From contig CAWEMM010000013.1 of the NCBI GenBank assembly GCA_963810095.1, positions 96,001 through 160,000 of the forward strand: 64,000 nt of DNA, read 5' to 3'. The position numbers and the translations under genes are program-made. Of the stretch, positions 48,274-58,603 are shown piece after piece. The stretch is from an uncultured Chloroflexia bacterium (GTDB taxonomy: Bacteria; Chloroflexota; Anaerolineae; CG2-30-64-16). Each line of letters starts with the position of its first letter. Position 1 is the first letter of the stretch. The notes below the pieces were generated by a model, which had not been told where the DNA came from, did not search any database, and saw only the letters and a program-made list of their open reading frames with translations.

Positions 48274-50904
48274 ATGACCACACCTATGCGCAGCCAGTAC
48301 CTGGCGCTCAAGAAACAGTATCCCGACATCATCCTGCTCTTCCGCCTCGGCGATTTCTACGAGACCTTCGACGACGACGCCAAGATCGTTTCCAGCGTGT
48401 GTGATGTCGTCCTCACGTCGCGGCCGGTGGGCAACGACGAGCGCGTGCCCTTGGCGGGGGTGCCCTACCACGCCGTCGACAACTACATCGCCAAGCTCAT
48501 TGGTGCCGGTTATCGTGTAGCCATCGCAGAGCAGATCGGGACGGAGCCGCCGAAGGGTGAGAAGATCGTCCCCCGGGTCGTGCGGCGGGTGGTCACCGCG
48601 GGCACGCTGGTCGAGCCGGCACTGCTGCCCGAGAAGCGTAACAACTACGTGGCGGCGCTGGTGCTGGCGCCCAACCCGGCGGCGCCCGCTGCTGCGGGGG
48701 TGGCGTTTGCCGACATCAGCACCGGCGAGTTCGCGGTCTGCGAGCTTGCGGATGGTGGCGACGTGCTGCGGCAGGCGGCCGAAGAGTTGAGCCGCTTGAG
48801 CCCGGCCGAGGTGCTGCATCCGGCCAAGGACCCGCGTTGGGCCAAGCGCACGTCAGACGGGCAGGGCAGCCCACCGGGCGACGCCATCCCGGCCTTCCTG
48901 GATGCCTACCATGTCACGCCCTACGCGGCCTGGCGCTTCGAGGAGAGCACCGGGCGGGCGGCACTCCTCGAGCACTTTCGGGCAGCTACACTGGACGGGT
49001 TCGGCTGCGAGGGGAAGCCGCTGGCGGTGCGGGCAGCAGGCGCGCTGCTGCAGTACCTGCAGGAGACGCAGAAGGAGGGCCTGCCCCAGCTTGCCGGCCT
49101 GCGCACCTACACCCTCGGCGAGTTCATGACGCTGGACGAGGCCACCCGGCGCAACCTGGAGCTGACCGAGACAATCCGGGGCGGCTCGGCGCAGGGGTCG
49201 CTGCTCGGCGTGCTTGACGCTACGCTGACCCCAATGGGTGGGCGCCTGCTGCGGCGCTGGCTGGGGCAGCCCCTGCTGGACGCCGCGGCACTCGAAAGGC
49301 GGCTGGACGGGGTCGAATCCTGGCACGCGGATGCCATCCGCCGTGCCGAGCTGCGCGAGCTGCTGCGCGGGTTGGGCGACCTGGAGCGGTGGACGAACCG
49401 CTGCGTGCAGGGCATTGCGCTGCCCCGTGACCTGGTCGGCATCCGGGAGGCGCTGGGACGGGTAGAGCGCGTGGGCGGCCTCCTCGATGCGGAGACTGAC
49501 CCGCTCGACGCCTGCCCGACCCTCGCTCGCCTCCTCTCTGAAGCCATCGGCGACGATCCACCCGCCACGCTGTCGACGTCTGGCGTGATCCGGCCAGGTT
49601 TTTCCGCCGAGCTGGACGGCATTCACCTCGCGACGCGCGACGCGAAAAGCTGGATCGCCAACCTCGAATCCGTCGAGCGCGCACGGACCGGCATTAGGTC
49701 GCTCAAGGTGGGGTACAACCGGGTCTTTGGCTATTATATCGAGGTGACGCAGGCCAATTCTGCGCTGGTCCCGGCGGACTACATCCGTAAGCAAACCCTC
49801 GTCAATGCCGAGCGCTACATCACGCCCGATCTCAAGGAGTACGAGGCGCTGGTGTTGAACGCCGAGGAGAGGGTGCTCGAGCTGGAGGGTCAGCTCTACC
49901 GCGACGTGTTGGCTCAAGTTGCAGCCGGGGCCAGCCAGCTCCTGCACACGGCGGGCCGGCTCGCCGAACTCGACGTACACTCCAGCCTTGCCGAGGTCGC
50001 CGAGGCTAACAAGTACGTGCGCCCGACCCTGGCCGAGGACGGGGCCATAGACATCCGCGGGGGGCGGCACCCGGTGGTGGAGCGGATGCTGGCGGACGGC
50101 GCGTCCTTCACGCCAAACGACGCGCATCTGTCGCCCGAGCAGGCGATCGTCGTGCTCACCGGGCCGAACATGGCCGGCAAGTCGACGTGGATTCGCCAGG
50201 TGGCGATGATCGTGCTGATGGCGCAAATTGGGTCGTTCGTCCCGGCCGACTCCGCGCGGATCGGGCTCGTGGATCGCATCTTCACCCGCATCGGCGCGTC
50301 GGATGAGATCGCGCGCGGCCAATCCACATTCATGGTGGAGATGGTGGAAACCGCCAATATCCTCCACCACGCTACCAGCCAGTCCCTGCTGATCCTGGAC
50401 GAGATCGGCCGGGGCACGAGCACGTACGACGGGCTTGCGATCGCGTGGGCGGTCGTCGAGTACATCCACAACCACCCGGGCCTGCGCGCCAAGACGCTTT
50501 TCGCCACGCACTACCACGAGTTGACCGACCTGGCCGAGCGGCTGCCCCACGTGGTGAACTTCAACGTGGCCGTGGCCGAGCAGGGGGATACGGTGGCCTT
50601 CCTGCACAAGATCGTTCCCGGCGCGGCCGATCGTTCCTACGGGGTCCACGTGGCCCAACTGGCGGGGATGCCGCGGCCGGTGGTCACCCGCGCACAGGAG
50701 ATCCTGGCCGACCTGGAGGCATCCGGCGCGGCGGGCCCGCGGCGTTCCACGCTGGGCCAGCCGGTGCTCTTCCAACTCCCGCTCTTCTCGTCCGAGGACC
50801 CGGTCATCGCGGAACTGAAGGTGCTCGACGTCAATGCGCTGAGCCCGCTCGCCGCGCTGAACAAGCTCTACGAGCTGCAGCAGCGGGCCAAGAAGGGGGA
50901 GTAA
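48274..50904 (+). CDS. mutS: DNA mismatch repair protein MutS
   Basis: 'TPMRSQY', 'GDFYETF', 'GPNMAGKST', 'DEIGRGTST', 'ATHYHE'; TATAAT at 48260-48265. Confidence 0.98.
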   Translation: MTTPMRSQYLALKKQYPDIILLFRLGDFYETFDDDAKIVSSVCDVVLTSRPVGNDERVPLAGVPYHAVDNYIAKLIGAGYRVAIAEQIGTEPPKGEKIVPRVVRRVVTAGTLVEPALLPEKRNNYVAALVLAPNPAAPAAAGVAFADISTGEFAVCELADGGDVLRQAAEELSRLSPAEVLHPAKDPRWAKRTSDGQGSPPGDAIPAFLDAYHVTPYAAWRFEESTGRAALLEHFRAATLDGFGCEGKPLAVRAAGALLQYLQETQKEGLPQLAGLRTYTLGEFMTLDEATRRNLELTETIRGGSAQGSLLGVLDATLTPMGGRLLRRWLGQPLLDAAALERRLDGVESWHADAIRRAELRELLRGLGDLERWTNRCVQGIALPRDLVGIREALGRVERVGGLLDAETDPLDACPTLARLLSEAIGDDPPATLSTSGVIRPGFSAELDGIHLATRDAKSWIANLESVERARTGIRSLKVGYNRVFGYYIEVTQANSALVPADYIRKQTLVNAERYITPDLKEYEALVLNAEERVLELEGQLYRDVLAQVAAGASQLLHTAGRLAELDVHSSLAEVAEANKYVRPTLAEDGAIDIRGGRHPVVERMLADGASFTPNDAHLSPEQAIVVLTGPNMAGKSTWIRQVAMIVLMAQIGSFVPADSARIGLVDRIFTRIGASDEIARGQSTFMVEMVETANILHHATSQSLLILDEIGRGTSTYDGLAIAWAVVEYIHNHPGLRAKTLFATHYHELTDLAERLPHVVNFNVAVAEQGDTVAFLHKIVPGAADRSYGVHVAQLAGMPRPVVTRAQEILADLEASGAAGPRRSTLGQPVLFQLPLFSSEDPVIAELKVLDVNALSPLAALNKLYELQQRAKKGE

Positions 50905-50965
50905 CGCATTTGTTCTATTGGCGCGACGGCGACCGGATGGTATAATTCACCCACGAGGTGATGCC

Positions 50966-51538
50966 ATGCTGCGGGCGAGAAAGACAAAGTTTTCCCAGGA
51001 AGAGTACCTCGCGATGGAAGAGGTCGCACAGTACAAGAGCGAGTTTCACCGGGGCGAGATCTTCGCGGTGTCTGGGGGCACCTACAATCACAGCGTAATT
51101 CAAGGCAATCTTGTTCGGCAACTCGGCAATCTGCTGGACTCGAAACCGTGCACGGTTGTAACGGCGGACCTGCGCATCCATATTGAAGCCGGGGACCTTT
51201 TCACGTATCCCGATGCGGCCGTGGTGTGCGGGAAGGCCCGGTTCTTTCCGAGACGAACCGATACGATTGTGAATCCTTCGCTTATCATTGAGGTTTTGTC
51301 ACCTTCGACACGTGACTATGATCGGGGTGCGAAGTTCGAGATGTACAAGCACATCCAGAGCTTACAGGAGTATGTCCTGGTCGAAGGCGAGAAGGCGCAC
51401 GTCGAGTGCTTCCGCCGTCGCGCAGGCGGCTGGACGCTGGCCGCCTTCAGCGGTATGGATGCAAGCTGCCGTCTCGAGTCACTTGACTGTGAAATCCCGT
51501 TGAGCCGGATTTATCAGAAGGTCACCTGGCTCGAATGA
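50966..51538 (+). CDS. Uma2-family (DUF820) putative endonuclease
   Basis: 'EEYLAME..KSEF', 'YPDA', 'IIEVLSPSTRDYDRGAKF..Y', 'EYVLV'; TGGTATAAT extended -10 at 50938-50946. Confidence 0.92.
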   Translation: MLRARKTKFSQEEYLAMEEVAQYKSEFHRGEIFAVSGGTYNHSVIQGNLVRQLGNLLDSKPCTVVTADLRIHIEAGDLFTYPDAAVVCGKARFFPRRTDTIVNPSLIIEVLSPSTRDYDRGAKFEMYKHIQSLQEYVLVEGEKAHVECFRRRAGGWTLAAFSGMDASCRLESLDCEIPLSRIYQKVTWLE

Positions 51539-51614
51539 CCCGACGCCTCGTACTTGACCGCCACGGCCCGGCACTCGTCGGGCCATTTATTTGTGTTTAC
51601 GTGAGGTTCGCTTC

Positions 51615-53807
51615 TTGACCGACTCCTTTGCCCCCATCATCGCCAAAGAGCTGGGACTCTCAGCCCACTCGGTCGGCGCCACCGTCGAGCTGCTCGACGG
51701 CGGCAACACCATTCCCTTCATCGCACGCTACCGCAAGGAGGCCACGGGCGGGTTGGATGAAGTCCAGCTGCGCCAGGTGGAGGCGCGGCTGGCGTACTTG
51801 CGCAAGCTGGCCGAACGCCGAGAGGCCATCGCGACCGAGATCACGTCGCAGGGCAAGCTGACCGACGAGCTGGCGGGACAACTCGGCGCCGCGGCCACGC
51901 TCCAGGCGCTGGAAGACCTGTATCGCCCCTACAAGCCCAAGCGGCAGACCCGGGCGGCCATCGCGCGCGAGCGCGGGCTGGAACCCCTGGCCCTGGCCGT
52001 TTTGGAGCAGGATGCCAAGGCCGATCCGGCCGCGCTGGCGGGGGCGTATCTGAGCGATCAGGTGCCCGACGTGGCCGCGGCGCTGGCCGGTGCACGCGAC
52101 ATCATTGCGGAGCAGGTGAGCGACGATCCGAACGCCCGGCTGCTGGTGCGCCAGCGGTTCGCGGCGGACGGGTTTGTTGCCAGCCGGCGAGCAAGCGAGA
52201 CGGCCGACGAGGCGGGCCGGTATCGCGTCTATTACGAGTTCCGCTGCGCGCTCCGGGCGGTGCAGCCGCACCAGTGGCTGGCCCTGACGCGGGGGGCCGC
52301 GGATGGCAGCTTGAAGGTGGAGATTACGACCCCGGACGCGGAGATGGCCGGCCAGTTGGTGCGCCGGTGGACCCGCAGCCCGGGCAGCCGTTCTGCCGAG
52401 CAGGTGCGCCTTGCGATCGAGGACGGTTACGATCGCCTCCTGCGTCCGTCGGTCGAGCGGGAGGTGAGCGGACAACTGGGTGAGTTCGCGGACGACCACG
52501 CGATCCAGGTCTTTGCCGCCAACCTGCGAAACCTGCTGCTCCAGCCGCCCCTGCACGAGCGTGCGGTACTGGGGATCGATCCGGGCTTTCGCACCGGCTG
52601 CAAGGCTGCAACTGTAAGTCCCACCGGCAAGCTGCTGCACACCGTCACGATCTATCCGCACGCCCCGCAGCATGAGGCTGAGAAGGCCAAAGCCGCGCTG
52701 GCCAAGCTGATCGAAATGGATGGGGTGAGCGTCATCGCGATTGGCAATGGCACGGCAAGCCGCGAGACTGAGGCCCTGGTGGCCGAGTTGATCCAGGGCG
52801 GCGGTGAGAAATCTGCCTTCTCCCACGTGGCCTATGTGATGGTGAGCGAGGCGGGCGCGTCGGTTTACTCCGCGTCGGACGTGGCGCGCGCTGAGTTCCC
52901 CGAGCTGGACGTCTCCATGCGCGGCGCAGTCTCGATCGCGCGTCGCTTGCAGGACCCGCTTGCAGAATTGGTCAAGATCGACCCGAAGAGCATCGGCGTC
53001 GGCCTGTATCAGCACGACGTGGATCAGGGGAAGCTGGCGGCCACGCTGGACGCAGTGGTCGAATCGGTGGTGAACTACGTCGGCGTGGACGCGAACACGT
53101 CCTCTGCCCAGTTGTTGGGGTATGTCTCGGGGATCAGCAGGCGCCTGGCCGGCGCCATTGTCGGCCACCGGGACGAGAACGGGTCATTCGAGTCGCGCAC
53201 CGACCTGAAGAAGGTCAAGGGGCTCGGGCCGAAGGCGTTCGAACAGGCCGCCGGCTTTCTCCGCGTGCCCGGCAGCCGAAATCCCCTGGACAACACGACG
53301 ATTCACCCCGAGTCGTACAACGCGACGAAAGCGCTGCTCGAGCTTGCCGGGCTCAATCTGCGAATGAAAGACTTGCCCAATTCGCTTCGGCGGTGGTTGG
53401 CGAGCGAAGGGCTGAACCTCGATGCGCAGGGGGGCAAATGGGCGGACGTGGCAGCCTTGCTCGGGATAGGGGAACCGACGCTGCGAGACATCGTCGGTGC
53501 GCTGCTCAGGCCGGGCCGCGACCCCCGCGACGATCTGCCGCCCATGGTGCTCCGCCGCGATGTGCTGAGCATCGAAGATCTGCGCGAGGGCATGGTGCTG
53601 AAGGGCACGGTGCGCAACGTGGTCGACTTCGGCGCGTTTGTGGATATTGGCGTGAAGCAGGACGGACTCGTGCACATCAGCAAGATGGGCAAGAAGTTCG
53701 TGCGTAACCCGCATGAAGTGCTCGGGGTCGGCGATGTAGTTGACGTAACCGTCGTGGGCATCGACCGTGAGCGCGGGCGGATCGGGCTGGCGATGGTGCA
53801 GGAGTAG
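51615..53807 (+). CDS. tex: Tex-family transcriptional accessory protein (S1 domain)
   Basis: 'TIPFIARYRKE', 'DPGFRTGCK', 'EAGASVYSAS', C-terminal S1 'FGAFVDIGVKQDGLVH'. Confidence 0.95.
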   Translation: MTDSFAPIIAKELGLSAHSVGATVELLDGGNTIPFIARYRKEATGGLDEVQLRQVEARLAYLRKLAERREAIATEITSQGKLTDELAGQLGAAATLQALEDLYRPYKPKRQTRAAIARERGLEPLALAVLEQDAKADPAALAGAYLSDQVPDVAAALAGARDIIAEQVSDDPNARLLVRQRFAADGFVASRRASETADEAGRYRVYYEFRCALRAVQPHQWLALTRGAADGSLKVEITTPDAEMAGQLVRRWTRSPGSRSAEQVRLAIEDGYDRLLRPSVEREVSGQLGEFADDHAIQVFAANLRNLLLQPPLHERAVLGIDPGFRTGCKAATVSPTGKLLHTVTIYPHAPQHEAEKAKAALAKLIEMDGVSVIAIGNGTASRETEALVAELIQGGGEKSAFSHVAYVMVSEAGASVYSASDVARAEFPELDVSMRGAVSIARRLQDPLAELVKIDPKSIGVGLYQHDVDQGKLAATLDAVVESVVNYVGVDANTSSAQLLGYVSGISRRLAGAIVGHRDENGSFESRTDLKKVKGLGPKAFEQAAGFLRVPGSRNPLDNTTIHPESYNATKALLELAGLNLRMKDLPNSLRRWLASEGLNLDAQGGKWADVAALLGIGEPTLRDIVGALLRPGRDPRDDLPPMVLRRDVLSIEDLREGMVLKGTVRNVVDFGAFVDIGVKQDGLVHISKMGKKFVRNPHEVLGVGDVVDVTVVGIDRERGRIGLAMVQE

Positions 53808-53817
53808 GGGGCCCGCG

Positions 53818-54558
53818 ATGAGCGTGATCGAAAGGTTGCTCGAGGAGCCTACGCCGGACGGAGTGCTGTGCGATCTCCGGGTGGGAACCCACTGGACGCT
53901 GGCGGTGCTCGAGACGCCGCAAGGCGAACGCGCGGGCCTGGCATCCACGCAGATGGTGCACGACCTCGAACATGGGACTCCGGCAGTGCGTGACGCCGGG
54001 TTGCTGCTGGGCCGGGCGGGGCAGGCTTTGGCGCAATGGGCGCTGTCGGCCAGCCTGACCGAGCGCAGTATCGGGTTCGCGGTGCTCAACGCGCTGCTGC
54101 CCGTCGACGAGGCGCGCTGCAGGCCGCTCAACGCGGAGTCATTGATCCTCGAACGTGGCCAGGGCAAGCACGTAGCGATCGTCGGCCACTTCCCGTTCGT
54201 GGATAAGGTGCGAGCGGCGGCTGGCCGCTGCTCCGTGCTCGAGCTAAACCCGCAGGCGGGCGACCTCCCGGCCTCCGAGGCTCCCCGGGTGATCCCCGAA
54301 GCCGACGTGGTGGCCATCACGGGGATGACCCTTGTAAACGGCACCTTCGAGTCGCTCGCGGCGCTGTGCCGTCCGGATGCCTATGTCCTGCTGCTTGGCG
54401 CGACGGCGCCACTTGTCCCGCTGTTATTTGATTACGGCGTGGACGCCATTTCGGGGACGGTGATCGACGACATCCCGCTGGCGGCCGCAGCGGTCAGCCA
54501 GGGCGCGAACTTCAGGCAGATCAAGGGGAAGCGGCTGCTTACCCTGATGCGGGACTAG
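53818..54558 (+). CDS. DUF364 (Rossmann-like) family protein
   Basis: 'VGTHWT', 'SIGFAVLNA', 'VGHFPF', 'ITGMTLVNGT'. Confidence 0.85.
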   Translation: MSVIERLLEEPTPDGVLCDLRVGTHWTLAVLETPQGERAGLASTQMVHDLEHGTPAVRDAGLLLGRAGQALAQWALSASLTERSIGFAVLNALLPVDEARCRPLNAESLILERGQGKHVAIVGHFPFVDKVRAAAGRCSVLELNPQAGDLPASEAPRVIPEADVVAITGMTLVNGTFESLAALCRPDAYVLLLGATAPLVPLLFDYGVDAISGTVIDDIPLAAAAVSQGANFRQIKGKRLLTLMRD

Positions 54559-54605
54559 CTTCCCTTCGACCTCTCCTACGTGCCACGGCCCGGGCAGCCT
54601 CGGCG

Positions 54606-55253
54606 CTAAGGCGCGATATAGACCTGGTCGAACAGGCCCAGCCCGTTGAGCGTGTCGTAGGCGTGGGTGCGCACGAGGCGGTTGGTGTCGTTGAGGGCCG
54701 CGTACAGGGCCGTTAGCGCTGGCAGGTACTCACGGCCATACTCGTTGAGCGTTTTGCCGGCCAGCGCCGGGCCAGCGATGCGGCCGATCGCGCGGGAGGC
54801 ACGAACGCGAACGCCGTCCCGGCGGTCCGCCATTGCGGCGACGAGGGCAGGCAGCGCCGGGACGCCGATCAACGCAAGCGCGTCGGCCGCGGAGTCACGG
54901 ACCCAACCGCTATCGTCGGTCAGGGCCGCCAGGAGGGCAGGAATGGCGGCTGCCGCGCGGAGCTCACCGAGCCCCAGCGCGGCCGCACAACGGGTCGGCT
55001 CATCCGGATCGGCGAGGTGCTCCACGAGGAGGCGCTGGGCGAGTGAGCGTTCCTCTGGGTCGGCGCCGAGCAGCGCAAGGGTGCGCACGGCCCACCAGCG
55101 GCGGTTCTCGTCCGGGTCGCTCAGCAGGGGCCGCAGGGCGGGTAAAACGCCGGGGATGGCGCCCAAAGCCCGGACCACTCGTTCGGCCTGTTCGTCGTCG
55201 TCCGCTGCGATGGCGTCCAGGAGTGCCTCGATCAGATCAGTTGTATCGGGCAT
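54606..55253 (-). CDS. HEAT-repeat protein
   Basis: Repeated 'L.D....VR..AA.ALG' units. Confidence 0.88.
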   Translation of the reverse strand: MPDTTDLIEALLDAIAADDDEQAERVVRALGAIPGVLPALRPLLSDPDENRRWWAVRTLALLGADPEERSLAQRLLVEHLADPDEPTRCAAALGLGELRAAAAIPALLAALTDDSGWVRDSAADALALIGVPALPALVAAMADRRDGVRVRASRAIGRIAGPALAGKTLNEYGREYLPALTALYAALNDTNRLVRTHAYDTLNGLGLFDQVYIAP

Positions 55254-55690
55254 TGCGTCAACGCATCCTCAATCCAAAATAGCGGCAGACCGTCGGGAAG
55301 GCGCCACAGGTGTGCGCCGCAGCCGCTCCGGCAATCGCTGCTGCCAAAGCCAAAGATGGGCGCCGAAGCGCCGGCAAGGGCCCGCAGGGTGTGTGACCAG
55401 GCGCACTCGCGGCGTTCCGGTCCGTACACGCCGGCTGCAGCGACCACGGGAGCGACGGCCGCGAGATAGTCGATGTGCCAGTGCCTTCGTTTATCGGGCC
55501 GCAGGTGGCGGTTCAGGCGCGCCGCCACGCCGCCCGGGCCCAAGGCGCTGCCCAGGTAGACATAGCGGCCCTGTTCGATCACCACTCGTCCGAGCCGGCC
55601 GACGTCGAGCACCGTGCCGGCGGGCAGATCGAGCACGAGCACGTAGGAGCCCGGCTCGCTGCGCCACCGGGACCCCGGATCCACCTGCAT
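55232..55690 (-). CDS. GIY-YIG (DUF123/Uri-like) nuclease family protein
   Basis: 'GSYVL', 'YVYLGSA.GPGG', 'WHIDYL', 'GFGSSDC..C..HL'. Confidence 0.88.
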   Translation of the reverse strand: MQVDPGSRWRSEPGSYVLVLDLPAGTVLDVGRLGRVVIEQGRYVYLGSALGPGGVAARLNRHLRPDKRRHWHIDYLAAVAPVVAAAGVYGPERRECAWSHTLRALAGASAPIFGFGSSDCRSGCGAHLWRLPDGLPLFWIEDALTQCPIQLI

Positions 55691-55710
55691 CTTCACGAGG
55701 ATATGATAGC

Positions 55711-56283
55711 ATGGAGTCGGTCGGAACGCGAAGAGAGCGGCTGTTTGACGATAAGTGGCGAAAGGTGGCAGCAGTGCGGCAGATCCTATCGGGCGTGCTG
55801 GGCGATCCGGCGTTTGCCGGCGATCACCGGCTGGAATTGCTCGGCGACGTCTTGGTGGAGCGAGTGGTGTGGCAGGAACTACCAGGGCCGCGCACGCTCG
55901 CGGGTGCGATCGTCGCTCAGACGGGCGCGATCTGGTTTCGGTTCTGGCTGCCGCGTTACGACCAGGTGGTCGAACGGTACTTTCTGCCCGACGGGACGAC
56001 ACTGGGCACGCACATCGACGTCTGCGGGCCGTTGTCGTGCGACGAACACGGCTGCCGGGCCGAGGACTATATCATGGACATCTGGATTGACTCGCAGGGC
56101 CGGGTGACCGTACAGAACGAGGACGAGTTCGAGCGGGCGGTGCTGCTCGGCGAACTGGGCGCGGAGCAGGCGCAGTGGGCGGAGCAGCATCTGCGCGACC
56201 TCACGGCAGCGATCGCGCGCAACCGTTTCCCGCCTCCTCTCGTGCGCAACTGGCAAATCGACCCGACGCGCTTCAAGCGGTAG
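55711..56283 (+). CDS. DUF402-domain protein
   Basis: 'HIDVC', 'DYIMDIWID', 'EDEFE' acidic motifs; 3' part of ORF 54667..56283. Confidence 0.75.
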   Translation: MESVGTRRERLFDDKWRKVAAVRQILSGVLGDPAFAGDHRLELLGDVLVERVVWQELPGPRTLAGAIVAQTGAIWFRFWLPRYDQVVERYFLPDGTTLGTHIDVCGPLSCDEHGCRAEDYIMDIWIDSQGRVTVQNEDEFERAVLLGELGAEQAQWAEQHLRDLTAAIARNRFPPPLVRNWQIDPTRFKR

Positions 56284-56296
56284 CAGGGCGGGGAGC

Positions 56297-56959
56297 TCAG
56301 CGGCGAGGACGCCTTGGGAAAACTCCCGCAATGGCGAAGAGCGCGGTCAGGAGGAAGCCGAGGGTCGAGAGCCAGAAGCCCCATCCGGGGTGGACCGTCT
56401 GCCGGTAGAGCGCCTCGACCGAGGGTAGAATCGGCAGAAAGCTGGACAGCGGCCAGATCGCGGCCGCAAGCGCGAGCGCGGCGATAAGCGGCAGCACGAC
56501 GGCATCGGGCAGGAAGCGGGTGACCAAGAGCAGCACGAGCGCGGCAATGCACCCGACCATGACGATCGTCTGCAGGCGGAACTCCGGGAGGGTTAGCAGC
56601 ACCGGGCTCCACGCCGGCGGCAGCATGGCGAGCGCCAGTGGGATCGCCAGCAGCCCACTGACCCACCGCAGCCAGAGCGGCAGGACGCGCCGGCTGGCGA
56701 TTAACCCCGCGATGAGGCTGCCCGCGGCCAGGGGCATGTAGAAGGACTCGCGCAGCATCTGCAGCTGGCCGGCACGGTATGCGGGCAGGAACTTCACGTA
56801 CTCGGCCAGGTCGACGCCGGTCACTACAAGGCCGGCCGCCCGGTGCCAGACCCACGCGCCGAAATAGCCAGCCAACGCGACGGCAAATGCTGCGAGCACG
56901 GGCCACCACTTCAGGCGCGGACGGGGCGGCGCAGGCCGAGGGGCGATGGAAGTGTTCAT
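56297..56959 (-). CDS. Hypothetical polytopic membrane protein
   Basis: About 6 hydrophobic segments; start 1 nt after the GT4 stop; 'DLAEYVKFLP'. Confidence 0.7.
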   Translation of the reverse strand: MNTSIAPRPAPPRPRLKWWPVLAAFAVALAGYFGAWVWHRAAGLVVTGVDLAEYVKFLPAYRAGQLQMLRESFYMPLAAGSLIAGLIASRRVLPLWLRWVSGLLAIPLALAMLPPAWSPVLLTLPEFRLQTIVMVGCIAALVLLLVTRFLPDAVVLPLIAALALAAAIWPLSSFLPILPSVEALYRQTVHPGWGFWLSTLGFLLTALFAIAGVFPRRPRR

Positions 56960-56960
56960 C

Positions 56961-58085
56961 TTAGCGTCTGACGGCCTCGTAAGCGTTGACCAACTGCCGG
57001 GCGGCGTCGTCCCACGTAAAGCGTGCCGCCTGAGCCCGGCCCAGATCTGCCAGACGAGCGCGAAGCGTGGCATCTCCCAAGATGCGGGCCATCGCGTCGG
57101 CCAGGCCGGTCACATCCTCTGCCTCGGCATAGAGTGCCGCGGTTCCCAGCACCTCAGGCAGGCTCGAGTTGTTGCTGGCCACGACGGGCGTCCCGCACGC
57201 CATCGCCTCCAGCGGGGGCAGGCCAAATCCTTCGTATAGCGACGGAAAAGCGAACAGGTCTGCGAGCGTGTAGAGCGCCGGTAGATCCTCGTCCGCGACG
57301 AAGCCGGGAAATAGCACGTCCTCCGTGAGTCCCTCGCTCGTCACCTGCGTGAATATGTCTTCGTATAGCCAACCCTTTGATCCGCTTAGCACGAGTGCGT
57401 GGGGCAGCCCCGTCTGCCGGCGCATCTCGGCATAGGCCGAAATCAGGCGGGCAAGGTTCTTGCGGGGCTCGATCGTGCCTACAAATAGAACGAAGAACTC
57501 GGGCAAATGGTAACGCTCGCGTACGGCTGCCAGCCGGGCCGGGTCGCGGACCGGACGAAAGCGCGGTTCGACGCCGGCGTAGACCACGGCAACCTTGTCC
57601 TCAGGCACAGCAAGCAGTTCGAGAATATCGCGGCGGGTGTTTTCGGAATCGGCAAGCACCCGGGCGGCCCGTGCCACGGAAGCCGGCACGCGCTCGGTCA
57701 GGTAGGCGCGCAGGCCGGGATCCGCACATTCGGGTGCCTTGAGGAACGACAGGTCGTGAACGGTCACGACGCCGGCCGCGCTTGATAGGGGTGGCAGCGT
57801 GAAGTCGGGGGAGTGGAAGATATCTGCCGCGCCGGCAATGCGCTCAGCGGGCAGCGGCAGCCTCAGCTTATGCCAGCCGGCCGTCAGGAAGCGCTCGGGC
57901 ACGGGCGTGGTGCGCACGCTGAAATTCGGCGGCCAATCGTGGTGCGCGGGCGCGTCACCGGCACAGAAGAGCGTATAGGTATTCTCGCGATCAAGCTGCG
58001 CGAGGGCGCTGACCAGGTTGCGGGTATACCGTCCGACGCCAGCACGCTGCCGTACAGCAGAGGTGTAGTCGATCGTGATGCGCAT
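56961..58085 (-). CDS. Glycosyltransferase family 4 (GT-B)
   Basis: 'TVHDL', '[10 protein letters not shown]', '[18 protein letters not shown]'. Confidence 0.95.
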   Translation of the reverse strand: MRITIDYTSAVRQRAGVGRYTRNLVSALAQLDRENTYTLFCAGDAPAHHDWPPNFSVRTTPVPERFLTAGWHKLRLPLPAERIAGAADIFHSPDFTLPPLSSAAGVVTVHDLSFLKAPECADPGLRAYLTERVPASVARAARVLADSENTRRDILELLAVPEDKVAVVYAGVEPRFRPVRDPARLAAVRERYHLPEFFVLFVGTIEPRKNLARLISAYAEMRRQTGLPHALVLSGSKGWLYEDIFTQVTSEGLTEDVLFPGFVADEDLPALYTLADLFAFPSLYEGFGLPPLEAMACGTPVVASNNSSLPEVLGTAALYAEAEDVTGLADAMARILGDATLRARLADLGRAQAARFTWDDAARQLVNAYEAVRR

Positions 58086-58087
58086 CG

Positions 58088-58603
58088 TCAGGCGATGCCC
58101 TTATACGTCCATCTCCGGTTGACGAAGTAGTTCCAGAACAGGACAATGCCGATCGCGACGATCTTGGCGGCGATATACGCGGGTGGGTCCTGCAGGAACC
58201 GGCCAAAGAGCGGGTGCAGAGCGGCGACCACGACCTCATTGATGCCCAGACCAATCGCGTTGATGATGAAGAACTGCAGCAGTTGGCTGCTGATGGCCCG
58301 CTGGCGGCTCTCGGGGAAGGTCCATAGCCGGTTCCAGGTGAAGTTGCTCACCACGGCGACCGTGAACCCGACGGCAACTGCGAGGGTGAGCGGCAGGCCC
58401 AGCCACTCGTGCGCGATGGTCATGGTTGTGAGATCGACGACCATGCCGATGGCGCCGACGATGGCAAACTTTAGAAAGCGCTCGAACTCACGCGGCTTCT
58501 GAGCAAAACCCGTCCGGTTGATCACCGGCAGGCGCAGGAGAGCCATCACGATCGGGGATGCCTCATTTGACATGAGCGATCCCAACGGTACATCTTGAGT
58601 CAT
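58088..58603 (-). CDS. GtrA-family protein (lipid-linked sugar flippase-like)
   Basis: 'RFLKFAIVG', 'NFTWNRLWTF', 'WNYFVNRRWTY'; start 58603 or 58573. Confidence 0.9.
   Translation of the reverse strand: MTQDVPLGSLMSNEASPIVMALLRLPVINRTGFAQKPREFERFLKFAIVGAIGMVVDLTTMTIAHEWLGLPLTLAVAVGFTVAVVSNFTWNRLWTFPESRQRAISSQLLQFFIINAIGLGINEVVVAALHPLFGRFLQDPPAYIAAKIVAIGIVLFWNYFVNRRWTYKGIA

Noticed and set aside
50966-51538. Uma2 or the GIY-YIG gene as a restriction or defence system
   Set aside because: Solitary widespread families with no methylase or partner gene
54667-55710. 5' extension of the 538-aa ORF
   Set aside because: Antisense to the HEAT and GIY-YIG genes; only the part from ATG 55711 looks like a protein
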